Source of the DNA: Bacilli bacterium
GTDB lineage: Bacteria > Bacillota_I > Bacilli_A > RFN20 > CAG-826
DNA: 64,000 nt
Reading direction: 5' to 3'
Assembly: GCA_045114745.1 (NCBI GenBank)
Contig: JBGULD010000060.1
Location: 676 to 64,675 of the forward strand
The notes below the pieces were generated by a model that saw only the letters and a program-made list of their open reading frames with translations, was not told the origin of the DNA and did no database searches. Position numbers and translations under genes: made by a program. Below are positions 1 through 11,097 of the stretch, in pieces (within the stretch, counting starts at the first letter, position 1; each line of letters begins with the position of its first letter).

Positions 1-594
1 ATATATTTGTTGAAAGGCAATATCGGCTTCAACTCGTTGGTCCTTCAATATCAAATAGTGTTGAGTATTGTTATCGTCAGTAAAGTTATTCATCATTATT
101 TCCAGTTTAGTTTCCATAGAAGAAATTCTCTTATCTTGCTTGTTCAGTCTTTCATTTATTTGACTGATTGCAGAAACTTGTTTGATTTCATTTTCACTTT
201 GAACATAAAAATCTTTTAACATTTCCAAAATCCTGATTAATTCCACGCTTTGCTTGATAGCTAGTTCCCCCTTAAGAACCGTCATCAACATATAGATGCC
301 TTTTTCTGTAAATGCATTTGGCGCCTTTCTTTTTCCGCCCCAACTTGAAATCGATTTTTTCGATATCAAGATTTCATTAAATTCCTGAGAATTTAATTTA
401 AACATAAAATCTTCAGGAAATCTTTCAATGTTGTTTTTGACTTGCTCATTAAACCTAAAAGTTTCATAACCATAAATCTCCGCAAGATCATGGTCTAGCA
501 TCACTTTTTGTCCTCTGATAACATGTGTTTTTTGTTCCACCAATTCTTGAGTGATTTCAAGTAATGGTGTTATTTCGTTTTTGTTTTTAATCAT
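1..594 (-). CDS. ORF6N / KilA-N-like DNA-binding domain protein; C-terminus lies beyond the left window edge
   Basis: Absent from the supplied ORF track because it is open at the window edge. Own translation from ATG (594..592): MIKNKNEITPLLEITQELVEQKTHVIRGQKVMLDHDLAEIYGYETFRFNEQVKNNIERFPEDFMFKLNSQEF...WGGKRKAPNAFTEKGIYMLMTVLKGELAIKQS. The IRGQxVMLDxDLAxxYG / ERFPxDFMFxL / AFTExGxxML core is the ORF6N-domain signature common in phage and ICE genes. GAGAGGA Shine-Dalgarno 6 nt upstream. Confidence 0.75.
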   Translation of the reverse strand, partial: MIKNKNEITPLLEITQELVEQKTHVIRGQKVMLDHDLAEIYGYETFRFNEQVKNNIERFPEDFMFKLNSQEFNEILISKKSISSWGGKRKAPNAFTEKGIYMLMTVLKGELAIKQSVELIRILEMLKDFYVQSENEIKQVSAISQINERLNKQDKRISSMETKLEIMMNNFTDDNNTQHYLILKDQRVEADIAFQQIY

Positions 595-654
595 AAAAAG
601 TCCTCTCATAAATATAAGTACGAACTTTTTGGACTTTTTGTCTCAAAAAATTTG

Positions 655-688
655 AAAAAAATAAAAAATCTCGCTTTCATTTGCGAGA
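655..688 (-). terminator. Rho-independent terminator of the prs-tgt-queA-queH operon
   Basis: Hairpin TCTCGC (669-674) / GCGAGA (683-688) with 8-nt loop, followed on the minus strand by TTTTTTATTTTTT; about 20 nt downstream of the queH stop. Confidence 0.7.
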
Positions 689-708
689 AATTGTTTGTTT
701 GAAATTAA

Positions 709-1335
709 TTATTTTTTGTTTTTGTATGCCTTATACGAATAAATGCATCCACAGTATTCTTGGAAGTACATTTCGTGTTCTTTGATAATGAGCAAGGAAT
801 GTTCATATCCATCGTTCTTTTTAAAATCAGCATCCAACCACTTTACTGGTTCAAACTCTTTTTCTAATTCATGGCCGATTTTATTAATATCTTGAGCGTT
901 CTTGTATCTAGAAATCGTCATGACAGTGCCAAAATAATCAAAGTTATGTTCTTTTGCGTATTCAAAACCCTGTCTTAATCGCTTTCTAAAACAGATGCGA
1001 CATCTCTCATGCCCTTCTTTATCATCTGCGTGGCTTTCTAAATCTTTGTTGTAGGTTGCGTTATCATAGGGAAATTCAATAAATTCTAACTTCGCACCTA
1101 TCTCTTTGATGTATCTTTTAAATTCTTCTAAGCGGCGATCATGTTCTTCTTTTGGATAAATATTTGAATTGTTGTAGATGACAGTAATATCAAAATAATC
1201 CTTAATAATCTCATAAGGAATGGTAAAGCAAGGACCACAACAAGCATGTAAACAAAGACGCGGTTTTTCGCCGTTTTCCTTAATTTTGTCCAGTTTTTGC
1301 AATAAAATCTTCTGATAATTAATCTTCTTTTCCAT
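709..1335 (-). CDS. queH: Epoxyqueuosine reductase QueH (DUF208 family)
   Basis: LCLHACCGPC motif plus CRICF and CGC cysteines typical of the Fe-S QueH family; directly downstream of queA-tgt. Start trimmed from 1380 to MEKKINYQ (1335) because the extra 15 codons lie inside queA. Confidence 0.8.
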   Translation of the reverse strand: MEKKINYQKILLQKLDKIKENGEKPRLCLHACCGPCFTIPYEIIKDYFDITVIYNNSNIYPKEEHDRRLEEFKRYIKEIGAKLEFIEFPYDNATYNKDLESHADDKEGHERCRICFRKRLRQGFEYAKEHNFDYFGTVMTISRYKNAQDINKIGHELEKEFEPVKWLDADFKKNDGYEHSLLIIKEHEMYFQEYCGCIYSYKAYKNKK

Positions 1336-2355
1336 ATAAGAACATTGAATCTCCAAATGAGAAGAAGCGGTATTTTTCATCTACTGCATGTTTATATAAA
1401 TCTAAGGTAAATTCTCTTCCAGCGAATGCAGAAACGAGCATGATTAATGTTGATTTTGGAAGGTGGAAATTAGTGATAATTGCCTTCACTGCAAGGAACT
1501 TATATCCAGGTTGAATGAATATATTTGTGGATTCTCTTGTTGATTTAAATGTATGGTATTTAGTGTAGTTAGCTTCTAACGTTCTAACTGATGTTGTTCC
1601 AATAGCGATAATGCGTCTATTTTCCGCTTTTGCTTTATTCAATTTTTCTGCTGCTTCTTTAGTGATTTCATAGACTTCACTATGCATAACATGATCTTTA
1701 GTATCAGTTACCTTAACTGGTCTAAATGTACCTAAGCCGATATGTAAAGTGATATCAATAACTTCAATCCCTTTAGCCTTTATCTTTTCAAATAACTCTT
1801 CAGTAAAGTGGAAGCCCGCTGTTGGAGCGGCAGCACTGCCTTCATATTTTGCATAGACAGTTTGATATCTATCATTACCACATAGTTGTTCTCTAATATA
1901 TGGAGGTAAGGGCATCTTGCCTAATTGGTCTAATACTTCTAAAAAGATACCTTCATAAATGAATTTAAAAACACGAAGCCCTTCTTCTCTTTCTTCAATA
2001 CATTCCGCGATGAGTTTTCCATCACCAAAATCGACCCTAGCGCCGACTTTTAAACTCTTCGCAGGTCTTGTTAAGCATTCCCAGTTATCGCCTTCTATTT
2101 GCTTTAAAAGCAACAATTCACAGTTCGCTCCGGTCTTTTCTTTCACACCTAATAATCTTGCAGGAATAACTTTAGTGTTATTTCTCACTAAAACATCACC
2201 TGGTTGAAGGTATTCTAAAATATCAAAGAAATGTCTATCTTCGTATGTTTGCTTTTTTATATTAACCGCTAATAAGCGGGATTCATCTCTTTTAGCGACA
2301 GGCTTTTGAGCAATTAGCTCTTCCGGGAGATAAAAATCAAATAGATTAATATCCA

Positions 2356-2356
<1 letters not shown>
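1319..2356 (-). CDS. queA: S-adenosylmethionine:tRNA ribosyltransferase-isomerase
   Basis: 345 aa; N-terminus MDINLFDFYLPEELIAQKP..RDESRLL, PLPPYI and IAIGTTSVRTLE motifs characteristic of QueA. Confidence 0.93.
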
Positions 2357-4394
<2,038 letters not shown>

Positions 4395-4396
4395 AA

Positions 4397-4981
4397 TTAC
4401 ATGTGATATTTTACAACCGTTAAAGCGATTTGTTTATTGACTGCGTATTCATTACCAATACGAGAGTCTTCATATTTAAGACCCTTACTTCTCATATAAG
4501 CCGCTAATTCTTTTGTGGGGAACCATAAGCGAATATCTTTCATATTGAAGTTATAATCGTTCTCAAAATTAGAAATCTTATACGGTAGATAAATCAATTT
4601 CTTACCATTAAAAATGAAATTTTCGGGAGAGAAATCTAATCTGATTTTTTCTCTTCTACCATACCATTCATCAAGTAATAGGAAGCGATAGATATCTTCA
4701 TTAGTAATAACTTCTTTACATAGTAAAGACAACATTGTTTCACCTTCAATAAATTCCGTAACAGAAATCATTTGGTCTTTATCAAACATATAGACCTTAG
4801 GAATATCAATCGCTGTTATCTTTAAACGATGAGAGTTTTTGATAAATTCATTGAACTTATCTTTATTATCATATTTCTTAAGAAAAAAGATCTTGCCATG
4901 TCTTTCCACTTTATAAGAATGTTCTCCTATATGGGCAAGCACTTCAAAATCTTTTCTTTTTATACTAATGATCTCTTTCAT
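4397..4981 (-). CDS. Small protein-kinase-like fold protein (RIO/Kdo/aminoglycoside-phosphotransferase-like), function unknown
   Basis: 194 aa; FFLKKY (possible ATP lysine), hinge-like TEFIEG, catalytic-loop-like LDFSPENFIF (D....N) but no DFG. Weak motif-level call only. Confidence 0.35.
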   Translation of the reverse strand: MKEIISIKRKDFEVLAHIGEHSYKVERHGKIFFLKKYDNKDKFNEFIKNSHRLKITAIDIPKVYMFDKDQMISVTEFIEGETMLSLLCKEVITNEDIYRFLLLDEWYGRREKIRLDFSPENFIFNGKKLIYLPYKISNFENDYNFNMKDIRLWFPTKELAAYMRSKGLKYEDSRIGNEYAVNKQIALTVVKYHM

Positions 4982-4988
4982 TGAGATT

Positions 4989-4994
4989 ATTATA
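4989..4994 (-). promoter_or_regulatory. Perfect -10 box (TATAAT) 7 nt upstream of the kinase-like ORF start; probable leaderless transcript
   Basis: Minus-strand sequence AATCCTTATAATAATCTCA-ATG; no purine-rich SD between the -10 box and the ATG at 4981. Confidence 0.45.
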
Positions 4995-5026
4995 AGGATT
5001 TTTTATAAAATAAACTATAAGTTATA

Positions 5027-5554
5027 TCATAGAACCCATTTAATGCCTTCATTGTTAGGCATAATCGCTGGGTTAAGACGAGGAATGACTAATTCCGATA
5101 AATCGACAGGGTTATAGTCGGTATCAAAATACTGATGGCATCTGTCGCATTCATAATGTTCTTTTAAACCATCCTCACTAGAAGTTGCCGGAACTTCATT
5201 ATAATGATGGTAACTATGTCCAAGTGGCGCCACATAACGTATATCTTTCGCGCCAAACATGTGAATGACAGCACCCTTATCAATAATGTTATCGGTATCT
5301 GGTTTTGTTAAAGTGACTTCTTCACATATATAACATATCCAATATTCCTTGGAACCTGGTCTCGTACATCCAGGTTCAATCGCGTCATAATGGTAATAAC
5401 GATGGTTGATGTGTGGGTCTTCAGTGATTAAAGAATCATTGTTATCACCACCATCATTAGAGCCATTATTGGTATTATTTTTGTTACATCCAGTTAGAGG
5501 CATAGATAGAGCAAGAAGAGAAGCAATTAATAGGCTTTTTACGTTAAATTTCAT
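5027..5554 (-). CDS. Lipoprotein with two Cys/His-rich (zinc-ribbon-like) modules
   Basis: Signal peptide plus lipobox LTGC; HINHRYYHYDAIEPGCTRPGSKEYWICYICEE and LGHSYHHYNEVPATSSEDGLKEHYECDRCHQYF. Ends in TGA. Confidence 0.6.
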   Translation of the reverse strand: MKFNVKSLLIASLLALSMPLTGCNKNNTNNGSNDGGDNNDSLITEDPHINHRYYHYDAIEPGCTRPGSKEYWICYICEEVTLTKPDTDNIIDKGAVIHMFGAKDIRYVAPLGHSYHHYNEVPATSSEDGLKEHYECDRCHQYFDTDYNPVDLSELVIPRLNPAIMPNNEGIKWVL

Positions 5555-5571
5555 AGCAAATCTCCCTTCTT

Positions 5572-7248
5572 TTATAATCCAATCGTAGTATTAACAGCAT
5601 CACCAAAATAGAAATCATATTGGTTTTGGATATTAAATACCGCGTCATAATGTGGTGAATAATAATAGACAGAAATAATCTTTTTTGCTTCATTGACTTT
5701 GAAAATACCAATAGCATCTTGGCCGATACCTTCATCTTCATACATCGTTCCTTGATTATCGACGAGGAAGGAATGAATCTTGTTTCCATTAATGCCAGTA
5801 GAAGGAACATACATAATGTCATCACAGCTATAATGTCCACCGACAGCCATAAAGAGATTCTTGTTTCTCTTCACTAATTGATTATAGAAATCTGCTGGAA
5901 TGGTATAAGAAATCTTATCCGCCCATTTGTAATTCTCCGCACCTCTATCATTTGTGTATTGTCCTGTTGGATCCATATAAGCATGGGTTTGAACAATAAC
6001 GCGATGGTCACTGAATTGTTCACAAATTCTATTTGCCCATCTCAACACTTCCATACGAGGACCAAACTCAAGGTTGATGACACAATACTTAATGCCATCG
6101 ACATTGTGGATATAATAGGTGTTTTCCATTTTTCCATTTTCATAGCAGCCACCGAAACCAGGAAGCTTACTATGAATGCTATATGGGAAATATTTATTTA
6201 GGAAGTTCGTGGAGCGACTTTCTTTACAGTTATCGTCATAGTCATGATTGCCAGGAATAAACGACCATGGAATCTTGCCATTTAATTTATTTAAGACTAA
6301 TGAGCAATCACGATAAAATTGTTCTTCTGTGCCAACGTCTGATAAATCACCAACCGCCATTAAGAATTTGATCTTTTGTTGGTCCTTATTGTTAACTAAC
6401 CAGTCAACCATTTTTGAGAATCTATCGTGTTTATATCTATTCATACATTGCACATCAGGTAAGATGACAAATGAATAATCAAAGTCACGATTATCATCTA
6501 AACCAACATATTTCTCATGCGTCTCTAAATGACAATCATTCTTGAAAGAAGATGTATCAGGAACATATCTTTGTGTCCATGTTTCGCCAAAGAACCAGTT
6601 AGCCATCAAGATTGCATTTGTGTCATCATTAGAAATCTTTTCATCTTCCATATCTTGTTGAATTCTTTCTTGAGATATTGGACCACTATAAATAGTGACT
6701 TGCTTAATAGAACCTTCTAATGGATATTTAGTTGAACGGTTCCAGAAACAAGGATTAACACCGATATAAAGCTTTTGTTGTGGGTAAGTATCTTGCAATA
6801 AAACACTATGGGATTCATTCAAAATACCATCAATGTAAAGAGATAACGTATTAGCAGAAGCATCTCTCACTAATGCTACGTGATGCCATCTTCCATCCAT
6901 AACATCGGAACCCGCAAACGTATAGTTATATGCATTAGCGTTATAAACATATTTAATACGTCCCAATGCATCAACTTCTAAATTGAATCCTTGATATTGA
7001 GTATCATACCCACTCCATGTGCCCATGATAACTCCACCTAATGAATTGGTTGGTAGTTTTACCCAGGCTTCCATAGAGTCAACAGTCATTTCAAATTTTG
7101 CCTTTGCGCGATAATTGTATTTATTGGCAATGGTGAATTCTGTTGGTGTATAACCGGTAGCGTTAACATCGGTATAACCATGAGTGATGGAGAACACCGC
7201 TCCTAAAAGGAGAGTGGTACTTAAAGCAATAAATTTAATTGACTTCAT
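5572..7248 (-). CDS. Secreted LamG-like (concanavalin-type) domain + calcineurin-like metallophosphoesterase
   Basis: Signal peptide; LamG-type GRWHHVALVRDASANTLSLYIDG; phosphoesterase motifs ILPDVQ, AVGDLSD, GNHDYD, VQTHAY, GGHY. Start moved to the second ATG (7248), which has better spacing to GGAGGA. Confidence 0.7.
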   Translation of the reverse strand: MKSIKFIALSTTLLLGAVFSITHGYTDVNATGYTPTEFTIANKYNYRAKAKFEMTVDSMEAWVKLPTNSLGGVIMGTWSGYDTQYQGFNLEVDALGRIKYVYNANAYNYTFAGSDVMDGRWHHVALVRDASANTLSLYIDGILNESHSVLLQDTYPQQKLYIGVNPCFWNRSTKYPLEGSIKQVTIYSGPISQERIQQDMEDEKISNDDTNAILMANWFFGETWTQRYVPDTSSFKNDCHLETHEKYVGLDDNRDFDYSFVILPDVQCMNRYKHDRFSKMVDWLVNNKDQQKIKFLMAVGDLSDVGTEEQFYRDCSLVLNKLNGKIPWSFIPGNHDYDDNCKESRSTNFLNKYFPYSIHSKLPGFGGCYENGKMENTYYIHNVDGIKYCVINLEFGPRMEVLRWANRICEQFSDHRVIVQTHAYMDPTGQYTNDRGAENYKWADKISYTIPADFYNQLVKRNKNLFMAVGGHYSCDDIMYVPSTGINGNKIHSFLVDNQGTMYEDEGIGQDAIGIFKVNEAKKIISVYYYSPHYDAVFNIQNQYDFYFGDAVNTTIGL

Positions 7249-7261
7249 ATTCATTTCCTCC

Positions 7262-7987
7262 TTAATGGTTATAAACCGCTATTAAGATAGTCGGTGTCTT
7301 GCTAAGACTTATCTCAGCGGGTGCATCTTGTCCACTTTGCAAAACCCATTTCACAAACGGATAAGAAACATTATTAACAACATAAGGCGCGGGTGTTGGA
7401 AGCGCACTTATTAAAACTGTCGAACGAGGTTCATATTCTAAACGAATCACATCACAGCATTCATTTAGATATAAATATAAATAATGGACATCAGAGAAGG
7501 ATGGATAGAATGTCAAATTTGATTGAACGGTAAATTCGCCATCATAAACTTCACTGCCTTCTTTATCCACTAGCCTCCAACCATTAAAATGAGAACCATA
7601 TTTTTCGACTTTCGGAAGAGTGATAACATTGTTATCAACTCTGACAAGCATATCGGCCACGCCTTCATATTCGAAGTGGACGCGATATGTTTTCACAATC
7701 TCTGCCCATTTGGCATAAAAAGTCACATCACTGCTTGGCTTATAAACACCAGAAAATGATTTGCCCTGGAAATCAACATTGTCGTACCAGCCTAAGAAGT
7801 TATTGTTATCTTTTGTGGGCTCAGGAAGTTTAACAGCTTCACCTGATTTAACCACTACTTCTTTATATTGAGTACCACCATTAGATTCAAAGGAAACAAG
7901 ATGATCTTTTCCATCACCTTTGGTGTTACATCCACTAATAAGAAGTAGAAACGGAATCGCTAGAAGAAATTTCAAACCTTTTTTCAT
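7262..7987 (-). CDS. Lipoprotein made of Listeria-Bacteroides (Flg_new-type) repeats
   Basis: Lipobox ISGC; repeats VSFESNGGT..LPEPTKDNNNFLGWYDN..DVTFYAKW and YRVHFEYEG..LPKVEKYGSHFNGWRL..NLTFYPSF. Start set to the second ATG (7987), 7 nt from AGGAGG. Confidence 0.7.
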   Translation of the reverse strand: MKKGLKFLLAIPFLLLISGCNTKGDGKDHLVSFESNGGTQYKEVVVKSGEAVKLPEPTKDNNNFLGWYDNVDFQGKSFSGVYKPSSDVTFYAKWAEIVKTYRVHFEYEGVADMLVRVDNNVITLPKVEKYGSHFNGWRLVDKEGSEVYDGEFTVQSNLTFYPSFSDVHYLYLYLNECCDVIRLEYEPRSTVLISALPTPAPYVVNNVSYPFVKWVLQSGQDAPAEISLSKTPTILIAVYNH

Positions 7988-7998
7988 AATCATTCCTC

Positions 7999-8727
7999 CT
8001 AGATAACTCTGTTACTTGAAGCAAAGATGTTAGTTACACTAACACTGCTTTTAGCAAGTCTAAAACCAAAACCGGAACCAGTTAAATAGTTGCGGTCTCT
8101 AACAGCAATAACAATATTATTGTTAACAAAACAAATAATCTTATCGCCATAGAATAATACTTTAAGATTTGTGGGTGTGGATTTACCAATAATACTTTTG
8201 TATCCTTCGACAGTTTTTAATGCTGTCCAAGCACCATTATTGGTTTTGCCTAAATAAGCAATTCCATCGCTATTTATAAAGAAGAAATAATAAGCAATAC
8301 TTCCGCCTTCCCAGAATGTTTCTTGATTACGATAACTTAAACCAAAAACAATTCCAGAGTCTCCAGCAGTAGGAATGGTAATATCTACAGAATAAGTTCC
8401 ATGGGTAAATGGAGAAGTAGAATTAGTATTGATTGCCATGCTGTCATTTGATGAAGCGGTATAAGTTGTAGATGTGCTAGAAAAAGCACCGTGAACTGTT
8501 TTAAATGACATTGATGAATAATCATAAACTGTCTTGTCATATGGAACTTCATCAATCGAAGTTGGATCATCTAAATCAAGGATCTCACCAACCCAGGGTT
8601 CGTAGTCTCCACCAGCTCCACCATTATCAATAACTTCTGGCTCAATAACCTTTGTATTTGTCGCGCAAGAAGTCAATAATAAAGGACAAAAAGCCAGCAA
8701 AACCAGCATTTTTAGTGGAATTTTCAT
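7999..8727 (-). CDS. Lipoprotein with a single jelly-roll (LamG/DUF1080-like) module of the YYFFFI type
   Basis: Lipobox LTSC; GIVFGLSYRNQETFWEGGSIAYYFFFINSDGIAYLGKTNNGAWTAL...GFGFRLAKSSVSVTNIFA. Same module appears 3x in the 22758 gene. Confidence 0.6.
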   Translation of the reverse strand: MKIPLKMLVLLAFCPLLLTSCATNTKVIEPEVIDNGGAGGDYEPWVGEILDLDDPTSIDEVPYDKTVYDYSSMSFKTVHGAFSSTSTTYTASSNDSMAINTNSTSPFTHGTYSVDITIPTAGDSGIVFGLSYRNQETFWEGGSIAYYFFFINSDGIAYLGKTNNGAWTALKTVEGYKSIIGKSTPTNLKVLFYGDKIICFVNNNIVIAVRDRNYLTGSGFGFRLAKSSVSVTNIFASSNRVI

Positions 8728-8773
8728 ATTTCTTTCCTCCTTTATAAAATGAGATTAATAGGAAATACTATAC

Positions 8774-11086
8774 TTACAAAATTGTCTTTTCGGTAATTGA
8801 ATCAAAGAGATGAATCTTTGTCTCATCAAGAAGTAATTTGAGCTTATCGTGGAGGGAAACTCTTAATTCATTAGGCATTTGACAAAGCAAATCGTCTTCT
8901 CCTAAATTGAGATGGAGAATGTATTCTTTGCCTAATAATTCCACGATACCAACTTCTAATTCGATACCGAGTGTATGAGGATATTTTTCTTTATTCCATT
9001 TGCTATCGAGATGAATATCTTCTGGTCTAATACCAAATAACAAATCATGCGGATTATCCATTCTCTTTTTGAATTCATTAATGAGTTCTTCAATTAACAC
9101 TTCAATGAGATATTCATTTCTTAATCTATTTTCATAACGTTTAGATTTAATCGATTGATCCACTAAAGAGAGAATCCAATCAATTCTTTCATTTTGACCA
9201 CGTGTTCTTAAAGCGGTGAAATAAAGAATTCTAATATCAGAATCACTTAAGCATAACACTTTGTGTAATTTCTTATCGAAACTTTGGACACATTGATTAA
9301 CATCTTCTTTGATTACATCAAAATGGACTTCCTCAAGGAGTTTATCGACTTCAGCGAGTAAATCTTCTTTATTGACCTTTTTAAGCTCTAAGAGTAGCTC
9401 TTTAAGGGTTTCAATCATATGCAATGCATATAACAAACCTGTGGATTGCAATTGAGAAGCTTTCTTCACTACAAAATCCACTAATGAGAGAATGGCTTTA
9501 AACTTCTCTTCATCGTGTTTTAATATTTGCTTCACTAGTTCAGATTCGGAATCAGCTTTGAAGTATTGAAGTCTATCTAATAATGATTCACTTAAATTAA
9601 GTTCTTCAATTTGTCCTTCTCCAGAAACTAGAGATGCAAAATTGGAGTTGATATTATTAGTAACATTTAAAGTTGCTGTCTTATATAAAGAATTAAATCT
9701 TTTAATATCTTTTTCAATTAGACCTCTCAGCATAGTTTTCTCTTCCTCTAAGAGACCTTCTTGATTTAATGAAATCTTTAAACCATCCTGAATCTTTTTT
9801 AAAGATTCCATTAATGGATTAGATAATTTGTTAATGATGGATAAAGCACATTTCTTATGATCTTTACATCCACCTAAAAGGAATGGTTTTAATGATTCAA
9901 ATAGAGAGATACTCACTTCTTCAATATCAGTATTTAATAAATTAAGAAGTCGATTATAGTCTTCTATTTGTTCGTTATAGAACTTTTTAAATGATTCTTT
10001 TTGTTCCTTACTTAGTTTGATGGCAAAACCATTTTCTAAAGAAACATTATTCAAATCATATTTGGCTTTCACAATATTCATCGCAGGAGCACCAATAAAG
10101 TTAGCCACGAATATGTTATGTGGATTGTCGTATATTTCTGATGGGGTTCCTATTTGTTGAATGTAACCATCTTTCATGACGACAATACGATCCGCCATCG
10201 TCATGGCTTCGGTTTGGTCATGGGTAACATAAATAATTGTGGCATTAATCTTTTCGTGAAGTTTGATAATTTCACTACGCATCGTCACTCTGAGTTTGGC
10301 GTCGAGATTAGATAAAGGTTCATCCATCAAGAAGACTCTCGCATCTCTAATAATCGCTCTACCCAAGGCGACACGTTGTCTTTGACCACCGGATAATTCT
10401 GCTGGTTTACGGGACAAATAATCATTGAGTTCAAGAATCTTTGCGACACTATTTACTCTTTCTTCAATCTCTTGTTTTTTGAGGTGACGATAAATGACTT
10501 TTGGACGTGGATTATTTGTTAAATCATCCACTTTTGCGGTGTTTTCTTGAATTTTTGCTTCTAAAAGAGACTTTCTTTCATTAAGTGATTCAAGTTTCTT
10601 TTTTAGGAATTCATTTGGCTCATTTTCCTGAGATAGCAAATCAATCGAAGCATTAATCTCTTCTAACTCCTTATTAAGAGAATTAATTAGTTTTTGGCAC
10701 TTCTTAATTTCTTTTTGATCAACGCTTAAAACTTCTTTTCCCTCTTTATCCATTAGCGGGAAAGGATATTTTCTCATCTTTAAACCAAAGGCAATATTAT
10801 CAAATACCGTCATATGTGGATATAAAGAATAGGATTGGAAAACCATCGCGATATTTCTATCTCTAGGTGTCTTCTCGTTTGAATAATCACCGGCAATTAA
10901 AAGTTTGCCATCAGTGATATCTTCTAAACCGGCCACCATTCTTAAAGTTGTGGATTTACCACATCCAGAAGGGCCAACGATGACAATGAATTCGTGTTCT
11001 GCAATATCAAGATTAAAATCGTGAACGGCTTCGACACCATTGGGATAAACTTTATAAATATGTTTCAAAGAAACAAAATCATTCAT
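8774..11086 (-). CDS. MalK/MsmK-type sugar ABC transporter ATPase, 770 aa, with two large helical insertions
   Basis: Walker [11 protein letters not shown]-loop [14 protein letters not shown], signature [14 protein letters not shown], Walker [15 protein letters not shown]-loop YVTHDQ, C-terminal TOBE-like end GIRPEDIHL...IHLFD. Insertions at about aa 107-200 and aa 361-680. Confidence 0.9.
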   Translation of the reverse strand: MNDFVSLKHIYKVYPNGVEAVHDFNLDIAEHEFIVIVGPSGCGKSTTLRMVAGLEDITDGKLLIAGDYSNEKTPRDRNIAMVFQSYSLYPHMTVFDNIAFGLKMRKYPFPLMDKEGKEVLSVDQKEIKKCQKLINSLNKELEEINASIDLLSQENEPNEFLKKKLESLNERKSLLEAKIQENTAKVDDLTNNPRPKVIYRHLKKQEIEERVNSVAKILELNDYLSRKPAELSGGQRQRVALGRAIIRDARVFLMDEPLSNLDAKLRVTMRSEIIKLHEKINATIIYVTHDQTEAMTMADRIVVMKDGYIQQIGTPSEIYDNPHNIFVANFIGAPAMNIVKAKYDLNNVSLENGFAIKLSKEQKESFKKFYNEQIEDYNRLLNLLNTDIEEVSISLFESLKPFLLGGCKDHKKCALSIINKLSNPLMESLKKIQDGLKISLNQEGLLEEEKTMLRGLIEKDIKRFNSLYKTATLNVTNNINSNFASLVSGEGQIEELNLSESLLDRLQYFKADSESELVKQILKHDEEKFKAILSLVDFVVKKASQLQSTGLLYALHMIETLKELLLELKKVNKEDLLAEVDKLLEEVHFDVIKEDVNQCVQSFDKKLHKVLCLSDSDIRILYFTALRTRGQNERIDWILSLVDQSIKSKRYENRLRNEYLIEVLIEELINEFKKRMDNPHDLLFGIRPEDIHLDSKWNKEKYPHTLGIELEVGIVELLGKEYILHLNLGEDDLLCQMPNELRVSLHDKLKLLLDETKIHLFDSITEKTIL

Positions 11087-11097
11087 AACTCATCCCC

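Noticed and set aside
7-219. 70-aa plus-strand ORF from the track
   Set aside because: It lies entirely antisense to the well-supported ORF6N gene (1-594, minus strand), has no RBS and encodes a low-complexity hydrophobic product. It is a shadow ORF.
1336-1380. 15-codon N-terminal extension of the queH ORF (MKNTASSHLEIQCSY)
   Set aside because: It lies inside the queA coding region. The internal MEKKINYQ start gives the usual QueH N-terminus.
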